From NCBI RefSeq assembly GCF_001194135.2, contig NC_068998.1:20795653-20839869 (forward strand): a stretch of 44,217 bases of DNA, read 5' to 3'. Both the position numbers and the translations under genes were made by a program. This DNA is from Octopus bimaculoides. Its lineage: Eukaryota. The notes under the pieces are model-generated. The model was not told the origin of the DNA. It searched no databases and saw nothing but the letters and a program-made list of their open reading frames with translations. Below are positions 10,610-21,989 of the stretch, in pieces; the first letter of the stretch is position 1, and every line of letters begins with the position of its first letter.

Positions 10610-11570
10610 AAAAGGAGATATGGCATGGTTATAGTTAGAACATATTTGTTCTTAAGTCTGTCCATCAAAACTGACCAAGGAATTTATTAATGATAACACT
10701 GAGTATTTTGAGTGAGAGAACCTCTGTATGACCATTGGACCTGCTAGTAATAGTTGTTACATCTTCCTCATATTATTACACCTTACCGTCTTAGAAATGC
10801 AAAGATACATTGGATAATTTATTTCTGGCAGAGTGATCATGGCTGAAATTCCTTGTTCATAAGTCTTTCTTTATGAACAGACTTGGGACTAAATAATAAT
10901 ATCAAAGGATTTTTTGAGCCAGAGAAAAAAACTACAAATCAAGCATACTGTTTTAAAAATGGAAGGATGTTGGATAATGTAGTTTTAGATATATTACAAC
11001 TGAAAATAAAAATGACAGGATGGTCTCATTTAAAATGTTTTTGATTATAGATCTGCTCCGTCAGAGTTAACCTGGGGTTAACCAATAGCAAAAAAGTTCC
11101 ATGAACTATAAAAGGATCTTCTGGATGGTCATTGGATCTGTTAGAAATAACAGCCACACCTCCCTCAAATCACAGTATGATTACTGGAGTGCTAATAGTA
11201 GTTGCTACAGATCCCTCAAATTTCATTTTACTGCATTAAAAATGGAAAGATATATTAGATAATGAAGTTCTTCATATCTTTTGGTATGGCTAGAATGGCA
11301 ATGTGGTCATGGCTAGAATGCCTTTGACTATGAGAATTGACCTTGGGCTAAACAATACCAGCAAAAGGTTTGGTTGAACCAAGGTGTAAGAGTTTGTATG
11401 GTTAATCATCATGCTAGAAGTATGAACCAAATCTTTCTCAAGTCATATTAATCATCTTATAATAATGGGAAAGATACCTGGATAATGTCATGTGACAGTC
11501 AAACATGGACCGTCCTACATCGTAAGTTCACTCTATTAGTGCTGACCAAGGGCTGAACAACAACGACAAT
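10610..11570 (+). repeat. Head-to-tail cluster of about five decayed copies of an (AAC)n-tailed interspersed repeat (family E)
   Basis: Recurring modules GACCTGCTAGAAATA..CTCCCTCAAATC, TTGGATAATGT, GGTCATGGCTAGAATGCC and GGGCTAAACAA in the same order and orientation. Confidence 0.65.
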
Positions 11571-12009
11571 GACGATGATGATGGCGATGGTGCTGGCGAT
11601 GGTGGTGGCAGTGGTGGCAGCGACGGCAGTGACGACAATGACGATGATGACAATGATGACATCAACAATGACAGCAACAATGAAAATCCTCTCCATATAT
11701 TAAAAAGTAGGCCAAACTGTATGTAATGATTTTAACTGATGCAGATGACATGGGGTCAGTTACTTTAGATTCCAGATTTTATCATAAATCAGAATTTTAA
11801 AAGTTTCTTGACTTTTGTGGTCTATAATAGAAGACAATTACCCAATTAGCCATCATGCAGTGGGACTGAACCCAAAACTGTTAACCACACAGCCATACCA
11901 GTACCTATTATGAATAACACAGTTTTCAATACACTCAGATGTTAGTATAGGTTTTCTAAAGCTTTTAATCGTAATTTTAAAAATTCATGAGATAACTAGA
12001 TATTCCTTG

Positions 12010-12340
12010 TGCTGCACAAATCTGGTGCACTCTTTGATAACCACTGCCTTAAGGTGTATGAAAGTCAAAACATGGTGGTTAGTCATGGGTATTGAATGTA
12101 CAAGATGTACAATAACCGGATACGACATGGTTAATGGAACATGGAAATTGAATGTTGATAATATACGATGGGAAGAGAGAAATGAGTCAAGTGTAATCCT
12201 TTGGCTGTGTTATGAATCATCTTTACCTGTATGTATAATACAGGTAAACTCAAGGATTGGCTTCTCACTAAAACAATCAATTGATCTGTAAATCAGTGAC
12301 ATCTGCGCTGGTATGGACTCATGGATTTGTTATTGTTCTG
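12010..12340 (+). mobile_element. RTE-clade LINE RT C-terminal fragment
   Basis: TWKLNVDNIRWEERNESSVILWLC and HLRWYGLM resemble the RTE motifs ETW..N.....LE..E..MLRW.C and RLRWYGHV. Confidence 0.7.
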
Positions 12341-12715
12341 TTTAACTCTGTCCCAACTAGATTAGCCATGACTGTGGAAAAAAAAAGAAGAAAAATCACC
12401 ATTTGTCTTGATTGAGCATCAGTTTAATTTGTAAGTCTTATCATTAAGATTTGATCTCTCCACTCTTTTAGTCTTTCTCTGTCACTAGAACCCATCACTG
12501 CAAGTTCATCAAATGTCCATAGCACAAGTCAAAAGGAGGGTTTTCTACTTGATTATTTTCAACCTGCTAGAAAAGGCAGTCAAACCTCTCTCAAATCAAA
12601 CACAACCATATGAAAGAAAGAGGAGCATATTGATGATTTTAAATACATTATGTTTAAAAAAACAATTAGATGGTCACAGGAAGAACATTTTCGATCATTG
12701 GCTCTCACATGATAT

Positions 12716-12766
<51 letters not shown>

Positions 12767-12782
12767 TACAGACAGACAGACA

Positions 12783-12823
<41 letters not shown>

Positions 12824-13465
12824 GTATATACACACAAACAGACATAAACAGACTAGTTGTAGTCTGATTTATCAACTAATTGAACACAAAAGATTTACAG
12901 GTATGTGGCAAAGGAAAGTGAGATAATCCCAGTCTAATCATGTAATCTTGTTAAAGTAGTATTTCCTTAACTGATAATCAAATCAAGGTCAGTGAACTGG
13001 CTTAGAGCTATGATTCACATAAATAGAGCAGCATAGCAATTGCTGCCTTCACCACTACCACCACCACCATCACCACTGTCACCACCACTACCACCACCTC
13101 TGCTACTGCTGCCATCACCACCACCATTGTTGCCTTCATCATCATTACTATTATCATCTTCATCATCACGTGCACTCGAGTTATTTGTTTTAAATATCCT
13201 GTTAATGTTTGTTTCACCTCAAAAAAAATTCACAATACACCTGCACATAAGTGTGTTGCGGCATATTGACTGAAAATTTCAGACTTAAAAGTAGTCAGTT
13301 AAATGCACAAGTGCAATTCAGGGATATAGATACCTCATCTCAACTCAGGTGTATCTTATTTACTCCTGCATGCAGGGTTTCCTTATACAATTTGGTGTTT
13401 CTCATATGGTGTGCAGTGATATAGCTTAAGCATGTGGTTTTGTATCAACTGTCCAGTCTATTCTG

Positions 13466-14219
13466 TATACTGATCAAGTAAGCCTCTGGTCAAAAATGTT
13501 CCAACAGTCGCATAGAATATGTGCTGCTGGGGCAATTTTGTATAGGCTTCTGAGTAGGTATCATTAAGCTTTTGACAAAATTTGATGAAGAGGCGTAGGA
13601 GTGGCTGTGTGGTAAGTAGCTTGCTTACCAACCACATGGTTCCTGGTTCAGTCCCACTGCGTGAAACCTTGGGCAAGTGTCTTCTACTATAGCCTCGGGC
13701 TGACCAAAGCCTTGTGAGTGGATTTGGTAGACAGAAACTGAAAGAAGCCCGTCGTATATATGTATATATGTATATATGTGTGTTTGTGTGTCTGTGTTTG
13801 TCCCCCCAACATTGCTTGACAACCGATGCTGGTGTGTTTACATCCCCGTAACTTAGCAGTTCGGCAAAAGAGACCGATAGAATAAGTACTAGGCTTACAA
13901 AGAATAAGTCCTGGGGTCGATTTGCTTGACTAAAGGTAGTGCTCCAGCATGGCCACAGTCAAATGACTGAAACAAGTAAAAGAGTAAAAGAGTAAAGAGT
14001 CTTTGCTCAACTTTCTCTGTCATGGTCAATGCAATGATCACATGCTACACGCCTTCCTTCCAAGCACAGCTGTAAACAGCAGAAGTGAGCTAGAATATTA
14101 AAACTTAGTGTACATGCACAGCAGAGTTCAAGATCAATCTGTGCCAAGTGGCTTCACCGTGTGTGCTTTAGCTTCGTTACTATGGCAACAGTCCGGATAC
14201 TTATTGATCAGACCTTGTA
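13466..14219 (-). mobile_element. Mariner deletion derivative interrupted by a SINE
   Basis: TIR CAGTCCGGATACTTATTGATCAGACCTTG (14189-14217) + TA. Minus strand encodes MTEKVEQ(R)..IKFCQKLNDTYSEAYTKL (mariner transposase N-terminus) across the SINE. Degenerate second TIR at about 13466-13490. Confidence 0.75.
13592..14000 (+). mobile_element. tRNA-derived SINE family A, full length, nested in mariner
   Basis: Near-identical to 9437-9897 and 28847-29306. Confidence 0.92.
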
Positions 14220-14409
14220 TATATATACATACTTGTGTATGTATATGTGTGTCAGTGATGTGTGTGCATGTGTGATTGGGATTATCAGTATCGATTATGT
14301 AAGATGTGATTGGTTGTATGTGTGAATAAAAGAATTGATAGAGTATCAAAGACAAAAGTTTATGGTGTTTGGTTTCAGCATTTAATACTCAAAGTTCAGA
14401 ATTCAAACA

Positions 14410-14673
14410 CCATAGTGGCACTGGCGAAAGTGCATTTGTGCTGGTGCCACGTAAAATGCACTCGTGCCAGTGCTACTTAAAATGCATTTCTGCCAGTGGC
14501 ACATAAAAAGCACCTGGCACACTCTGTATAGGGATTAGCATTAGGAAGGGCATCCTGCTGTAGAAACTTTACTAAAACAGACAACTGGAACTTGCTGCAG
14601 CTCCTGTCAAACTGTCCAACCCATACCAGCATGAAAAATGAGCATTAAACAATGATGATGATGAAGATGATGA
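14410..14673 (+). mobile_element. Family C retroposon 3' part
   Basis: GCATTAGGAAGGGCATCC..CCAACCCATACCAGCATGAAAA..TTAAACAA(TGA)n. Confidence 0.75.
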
Positions 14674-14749
14674 GTGGTCGATTTTGTCTGTCATCGTTCA
14701 GAGATCAATGAAAATAAGTACCAGTAATATACTAACTTCTTTTGAAAAA

Positions 14750-15420
14750 GTTTATTACAACAGAGTAGTTTGACTTTATGATATGTAACTAGGATATTTC
14801 AGTCAGGATGAGTCCATTGTGTGTCTGAAATATGTTTTCAGCTAGGAATAGTCCATGGTTTATATTTAAAGTATGATAGCTATGTTAGAAATCAATATTC
14901 CTTGAGAAGATACTATTTTACTGATCTAATGAATGTGTTGTGATCCAAATAGGAAGCAGAAAGTTTGATAACTGACAGTCTTAATTATTGGTTATTGATG
15001 CTTATGTCGTTAAGCAGCAGATCAACTCTGTTCAAATAGACCGAAACTACGACCATCCTATCTAGTTAGCAATCTCTGAGACTACATTACCAATCATTAC
15101 TTTCCCTCCTTAAATAAAAAAAAAACAAACTAGGGAGTGTTTGAAGGTTTTGGCTGCTATTTCTAGCAGGAAGAATGACCATGTATAAGATGACTCATTG
15201 AGTCATTCTTTTTCTTATTTAGCCCTAGGTTAACCCTAATCAAGTTTACCTATGATCAATGGTACTCCAGTTAAAATCATTGTCTTTTTAAGGGAATATA
15301 GGGCTACATTATCTAATACGTTTTTCTTCTTACTTTTTTTTAGGTAATTAAACATAATAGAATTCAATTTAAACGAAATTTGACTGCCATTTCTTTTTTA
15401 ATAACTTGAATGGTGATTCT
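14750..15420 (-). repeat. Cluster of decayed family E copies
   Basis: TTAGCCCTAGGTTAACCCT..ACCTATGATCAA, ACTACATTA(C/T)C(T)AAT and TTTGGCTGCTATTTCTAGCAGG, the reverse complement of the 10610-11570 modules. Confidence 0.6.
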
Positions 15421-15490
15421 ATAATTGTTCCCTTGATTGGCTAAAGTATCGGTCATTATTAATGATTGCATAAAGTTTCTTGTTATCTAG

Positions 15491-15874
15491 ACCCTCCTGT
15501 CAACACAGCACCACGAGAGAAGTCTCTGGCAGAAGAACTTCTCGAAGCCACTCGGCAAAAGCTACCACTTCTCCGAGACATAGAAGTCGACAATGATGAT
15601 GACAACGAGAGCTGCAACTCTGGTGACGTGGAGGTCGATGACGATGACGATGTGTTTCTACCACCAACACAGAACGGAGCCAAATACAAGGATAAGTCTC
15701 AGGAAAATCTGTTTGATCGTCTCTTGTACTTTAACATTGCTTCGAGAAATACAAAAGCCTACATCCATTGTGATAATCCTTATATCAAAGAAGATTCTTT
15801 CCCTGCTGAGAAAACTGGGTCTCGCTCCACCAATGGTGGAGCTAGAGTGTGCAGAGCTACTTCTGATAGTGAAG
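15491..15874 (+). CDS. MAPK8IP1: JIP1-like exon C (SLAEEL motif, acidic linker)
   Basis: Acceptor gttatctag|, donor GAAG|GTAATC; PPVNTAPREKSLAEELLE...RATSDSE; phase 1-1, 384 nt. Confidence 0.85.
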
Positions 15875-15922
15875 GTAATCTTTTTGTTTTTTTTTTGCAT
15901 TATTTTTCTTGCTATCTGAGTA

Positions 15923-15956
<34 letters not shown>

Positions 15957-16554
15957 TGTGTGTGTGTGTGTGCCTCTGTGTGTGTGTGTGTATGTGCGTG
16001 TGTGTGTGTGTGCCTCTGTGTGTGTGTGTGTGTGTGTGTGNNNNNNNNNNNNNNNNNNNNNNNNNNNNNNNNNNNNNNNNNNNNNNNNNNNNNNNNNNNN
16101 NNNNNNNNNNNNNNNNNNNNNNNNNNNNNNNNNNNNNNNNNNNNNNNNNNNNNNNNNNNNNNNNNNNNNNNNNNNNNNNNNNNNNNNCTCTGTGTGTGTG
16201 TGTGTGCGTGCCTCTGTGTGTGTGTGTGTGCCTCTGTGTGTGTGTGTGCCTCTGTGTGTGTGTGTGTGCCTCTGTGTGTGTGTGTACATGTGTGTGTGTA
16301 CATGTGTGTGTATGTGTGTGTACCTGTGTGTGTTTGTACCCCTTTGTGTGTGTGTGTGTGTGTCACCCTGTGTGTGCCTGTGTGTATGCATAAGTGTATT
16401 TGTGTGTATGTGTGTACTTATTTACCAAAGCACTTTGCTCCCTATGAAGCATAGGCCATTGACAACTTTTCTCCAAATTAGTGACATACACACTCACACA
16501 CACACAAATAAATATATATATATATATACATACATACACACATAAATACATACA

Positions 16555-16815
16555 TGGTGATTGTTACATCTTCATAGATGATTGCTGTCTCCTTGTGCGT
16601 CCTCATTTTCAATGGCATTTCTGACTATCCACCCATGACATCTCAGATAACTATTCAATCCTGTTGCAAATCTGTATGGTTTAAAGCATAGGCAACAGAT
16701 GAAAGTAGTGACTTACTGTGAGCTTCCAACTGATTTGGTCTGCATATGTTGCCTTGTTTCCAGATGGAAAGCCTTGCTCTCCCAGGTCTTTGTTGGTTTT
16801 CAAGTGTCCTTGATG
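16555..16815 (-). mobile_element. Possible RTE-like LINE C-terminal remnant
   Basis: Minus strand FICCLCFKPYRFATGLNSYLRCH resembles the C..C...C.S..GL.SH.R.H terminal motif; heavily decayed. Confidence 0.4.
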
Positions 16816-16819
16816 CTTC

Positions 16820-17345
16820 TGTCATCATTTAACGCCTGCCTTCCATGCTAGCATGGGTTGGACGATTTGACTGAGGACTGGCAAACCTGATGGCTACACC
16901 AGGCTCCAATCTGATTTGGCAGAGTTTCTACAGCTGGATGCCCTTCCTAACGCCAACCACTCCGAGAGTGTAGTGGGTGCTTTTACGTGCCACCAGCACA
17001 AAGGCCAGTCAGGTGGTACTGGCAACGGCCATGCTCAAAATGGTGTTTTTTTATGTGCCACCTGCACAGGAGCCAGTCCAGAGGCACTGGCAACGACCTC
17101 GCTCGAATGATTTTCTAACGTGCCACCAGCACAAGTGCCAGTAAAGCGACACTGGTAATGATCACACTCAAATAGTGCTATTTACGTGCCACTAGCACGG
17201 AAGCCAGACAGCTGCTCTGGCAATGATCACGCTCGGATGGTGCTGTTAGTGCTCCACTGGCACAGGTGCCAGTCATTGAATATGGTTCAATTACAATTTC
17301 GATTTCACTTGCCCCAACAGGTCTTCGCAAGCAGAGTTTAGTGTC
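16820..17345 (-). mobile_element. Family C retroposon with five internal ~65-bp units
   Basis: Tail CATCATTTAACGCC; body TTCCATGCTAGCATGGGTTGGACG; units start near 16981, 17051, 17117, 17181 and 17246. Confidence 0.8.
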
Positions 17346-17354
17346 CAATGAAGG

Positions 17355-17399
<45 letters not shown>

Positions 17400-17431
17400 T
17401 ATGTTTGTGTGTGTGTGTGCATGCATATGTT

Positions 17432-17640
17432 TGTGTGTCTGCGTTTGTCCCCCCAACATCACTTGTCAACCGATGCTGGTGTGTTTACATCCCCATAACT
17501 TTAGCAGTTCAGCAAAAGAGACCGATAGAATAAGTACTAGGCTTCCAAAGAATAAGCCCTGGGGTCGATTTGCTCGACTAAAGGCAGTGCTCCAGCATGA
17601 CCGCAGTCAAATGACTGAAACAAGTAAAAGAGTAAGTAAA
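17432..17640 (+). mobile_element. SINE family A, 3' half
   Basis: GTTTGTCCCCCCAACATC...GACTGAAACAAGTAAAAGAGT. Confidence 0.85.
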
Positions 17641-17976
17641 AAAGTACGTATGCATGTTTTGAATGCTGTGTATGTGAGTGTTCACATGTATGCATTTATG
17701 TGTGTGTTTGTATTTATGCTGTGATACAACAGGGTATGAAGTAGTTGAGGCACAGTGCTAGAATGGGTGCTGATGTATAATGGACGGGAAAAAATGCTAG
17801 GATGGAAAATGTTAAGGCACAGACCATATGTGTAGTAGTATACTAATGGGGTGTGAAGGAAATAACTATCTTATATCTGTTGAAATATGTTAAATATTAG
17901 AGAGAGAGAGAGAGAGGGAGAGAGAGAGAATGAGAGAGCAAATGGGTGAGTGAGTTGTGAAAGAGAGGAATATGTA

Positions 17977-18024
<48 letters not shown>

Positions 18025-18322
18025 NNNNNNNNNNNNNNNNNNNNNNNNNNNNNNNNNNNNNNNNNNNNNNNNNNNNNNNNNNNNNNNNNNNNNNNNNNNN
18101 NNNNNNNNNNNNNNNNNNNNNNNNNNNNNNNNNNNNNNNNNNNNNNNNNNNNNNNNNNNNNNNNNNNNNNNNNNNNNNNNNNNNNNNNNNNNNNNNNNNN
18201 NNNNNNNNNNNNNNNNNNNNNNNNNNNNNNNNNNNNNNNNNNNNNNNNNNNNNNNNNNNNNNNNNNNNNNNNNNNNNNNNNNNNNNNNNNNNNNNNNNNN
18301 NNNNNNNNNNNNNNNNNNNNNN

Positions 18323-18389
<67 letters not shown>

Positions 18390-18783
18390 AGAGAGGGATG
18401 GACGGAGAGAGAGAGAGTGGAAAAGTTATGTGTGTGTATATGCGTAGATATGTGTGTGTGTGTGTGTGTGCGTGTGTATACAGAATAAACTGTGAATATG
18501 TAATAAATATGAATATGAAATATTTGAAAAATTTGTAGTTTATCCTCATATATGCAAATGCTGTGTGTGTGAGTGTGTGTTGTGTGTGTGTTTGTGCACA
18601 CGCGTGTGTGCAATGTCTTTTCCTAATTTATAGAAAAGAAGAAATTGGCAAGAATATAAAGAAAGAACTTTTTTTTTTTACTTTGCATGAAATATTTTAA
18701 GATTGTTATTATTGTTTATTTGATACAGATGTCTGTATGTGTGTATTGTCATGTATGTATGCGTGAATGGTTACAAATATATA

Positions 18784-18996
18784 CGATAAATTAAGTACCA
18801 CTTACGCACTAGGGTCAATGTAATCGACTTAATCCCTTTGTCTGTCCTTGTTTGTCCCCTCTGTGTTTAGCCCCCTGTGGGCAATAAAGAAATAAGAAAG
18901 GTTAGTACGCCGGGTGAAATGCTTAGTGATATTTCATCTGTTTTTACGTTCTGAGTTCAAATTCTGCTGAGGTCGACTTTGCCTTTTATCCTTTGA
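18784..18996 (+). mobile_element. SINE family B, 3' half followed by 5' half
   Basis: CGATAAATTAAGTACC...AATAAAGAAATAAGAA (18784-18898) joined to GTTAGTACGCCGGGTGAAATG...TTTATCCTTTG. Confidence 0.85.
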
Positions 18997-19845
18997 GCCT
19001 TAACTCTCTTGAGAAAAACTTAAATAAAACTCAAAGAGAAAACATGCATATTTATATATATATATAGAGAGAGGATTTTCCTTATATCTTGTGAGAGATA
19101 TAAGGAGCTGGAAATATCCTCTCCAAAGTGCAGCTTTAGGCAGGGTCTTTTAATGGAAGCCTGTTAGTCACTCATGCCAGCAAGTCTCTCTCTCTGTCTC
19201 CTCTATGTCCCTGATGTTCGTCCAAGGAAAAAAGTAAAAACAGCAAAGGCTGATACAATTTTTCACCATTACAGGCATTGAGTCAAAATGCAAAGGGTTG
19301 GAATATATGCACCACAAAACATCCCATCCAAAGTTAACAATTCTGTTCATCTACTGTTCTGGACTGGGCTGAATTGGTCGATCCAGTTTTTGTCAACCCA
19401 GTTAAAAGGGAGGATAAAATTGATTATGGTGGAATTTGAACTCAGGCGGTAAAGAACTGGACCAGGTACTACAAGGTATTCTATCCAACACTCTAATGTC
19501 TCTACCAATTTACTGCCTTATACTATTCCAACAAGAGTAGAAGAAATTATTACTAGAAGCCAACACACATCCATTTTACAGTGCTACCACTACCAGCAGT
19601 GTTAAGTTCTTTCAACCTTGTTGTAATGGCATGCTTCTGTACATTTCAGTTTTGATGCTGTTGAGTAACTTAGTTGATCTGTCAGTATTTAAATCCTAAG
19701 TCAGCTCTGATCAAGCTGACATATGTTCAAATACATTTCAGCTTTGTGTGTACATGTATGTGTATTTGTGTAGTGTGTTTGTGCAATTGTGTAGTGTGTG
19801 TTTGTGTAGTGTGTGTTTGTGTATGTGTTTGTGTATGTATGTTTG

Positions 19846-20076
19846 TTATTTCTTTACTACCCACAAAGGACTAAACACAGAGGGGACAAACAAGGACAGA
19901 CAAATGGATTAAGTCGATTATATCGACCCCAGTGTGTAACTGGTACTTATTTAATCGACCCTGAAAGGATGAAAGGCAAAGTCGACCTTGGCGGAATTTG
20001 AACTCAGAACGTAGCAGCAGACGAAATACCGCTAAGCATTTCGCCCAGCGTGCTAACGTTTCTGCCAGCTCGCCGC
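19846..20076 (-). mobile_element. Young SINE family B, full length, 18-bp TSD
   Basis: Head GCGGCGAGCTGGCAGAAACGTTAGC; TSD TTTGTGTATGTATGTTTG at 19828-19845 and 20077-20094. Confidence 0.93.
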
Positions 20077-20541
20077 TTTGTGTATGTATGTTTGTATGTG
20101 CATGTATACGTGCATGCAGCTTATACATTTATGACCAGATGTTCTTCCTGTCACCAACTCTATATAATTATATTATTAGACAATAAACAAAATACATAAT
20201 ATACTATCTGTGTGAACAAGTGTCTTCTCTAATAACTGCAAACCAACCAAAGACTTATGTATCAATGAATGAATTTGGTAGATGAAAACTGTAGGATGCT
20301 TATTGTGTACACACACACATGCATAGGCACACACATGTATATGTATACACGTAAATATCAAACAATGCTCAGCACCATATTGGTGGATAAAGATTCTTTA
20401 TTTGTGTATTAAGGCTACCATTGGTTTCATGTTAAGGAATGTCTTTTCAAGCCATTCCCAACGAAAATTTGGTGTTTGTTTCCATTTTGGATAAAAACAT
20501 GAAGAATGTTATATATATACACATACACACATGCATCTGCA

Positions 20542-20573
<32 letters not shown>

Positions 20574-20640
20574 CATGCGCATCATGTGTGTCAGATTGTC
20601 TGTGTATTTATGTATCAACATATATTATTTCCTGTTGCAG

Positions 20641-20811
20641 AGTCAAAACGGAAGTCTTCCAGTTCAAGTACAGTGTGCCCAAACTACCAAGAACTTGAAG
20701 TAACCCATCGAGGGATGCACCGGTTCATACCACGCCACAGTGATGAAATTGATATTGAAATAGGTGACCCTATTCATGTCAAAAGTGAAGATGATGACCT
20801 TTGGTGTCAAG
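20641..20811 (+). CDS. MAPK8IP1: JIP1-like exon D (N-terminal two-thirds of SH3)
   Basis: Acceptor tttcctgttgcag|, donor CAAG|GTAAGA; ELEVTHRGMHRFIPRHSDEIDIEIGDPIHVKSEDDDLWCQ; phase 1-1, 171 nt. Confidence 0.96.
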
Positions 20812-21126
20812 GTAAGATATATTACTGCCCTTTTTTTAATTTTTTCTTATTTAGTTCAAAAGCAATAAGCTGGCAGAATTATCAGCATGCTGGACGAAAT
20901 GCTAGTAAGCACTTTGTCTGTCCTCATGTTCTGGGTTCAAATTCCACCAAGGTCAATTTTGCCTTTCGCTCTTCCTGAGGTCGATAAAATAAGTACCAGT
21001 TGAACACCAGGATCAATGTAATTGACTTAACCTTCCCTGAACTTGCTGGTCTTGTGTCGAAATTTAAAACCATTATTTAGTTCAAAGAGAAGGCATCAAG
21101 CTGCCAGAGTAGTTATCATGCCATAA

Positions 21127-21364
21127 GGTGGTGAGCTGGCAGAAACATTAGCGCGCTGGGCGAAATGCTAAGTGGTATTTCGTCTGCCATTATGTTCAGA
21201 GTTCAAATTCCGCCGAGGAACATCAAGACTTTGCCTTTCTTCCTTTTGAGGGTCGATAAATTAAGTACCAGTTACGAACTGGGGTTGATGTAATCGACTT
21301 AATCCCTTTGTCTGTCCTTGTTTGTCCCCCCTATGTTTAGCCCCTTGTAGGCAATAAAGAAATA
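21127..21364 (+). mobile_element. Young SINE family B nested in an older family B copy
   Basis: TSD AGA(G/A)T(A/C)GTTATCATGCCA at 21106-21123 and 21365-21382; host head at 21091 continues to about 21550. Confidence 0.9.
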
Positions 21365-21731
21365 AGAATCGTTATCATGCCAGATGAAATGTTTAGCAGT
21401 GTTTTGTCTCTTCACATTTTGAGTTCAAATTCCACCGAGGTTGACTTTGCTTTTCATCTTTTTGGGGGTCGATAAAATAAGCCCCAGTTAAGCACTCGGG
21501 TTGATATAACCAACTAGCCCCTTCAGGCATTGAGTCTATAATAGAAAGGATTATTTAGTTCAAAGAAGGTGGGTATAGATAAGTAGAGCATCAAACAAAA
21601 TGCTTTGTGATATTTTGTAATAACCATTTATGTTCTGAGTTTACTTTGGCTTTCATTCTAATTAAGTTGATAAAATTAAATCTCAGTCAAATACTGGTGT
21701 TACCATAAATTTGATGACTTGAGCCTATTAT

Positions 21732-21934
21732 TCTTTTACTTGTTTCAGTCATTTGACTGCGGCCATGCTGGAGCACCGCCTTTAGTCGAGAAAATCGACC
21801 CCAAGACTTATTCTTTGTAAGCCTAGTACTTATTCTATCGGTCACTTTTTGCCGAACTGCTAAGTTACGGGGACGTAAACACACCAGCATCTGTTGTCAA
21901 GCGATGGTGGGGGGACAAACACAGACACACAAAC

Positions 21935-21989
<55 letters not shown>

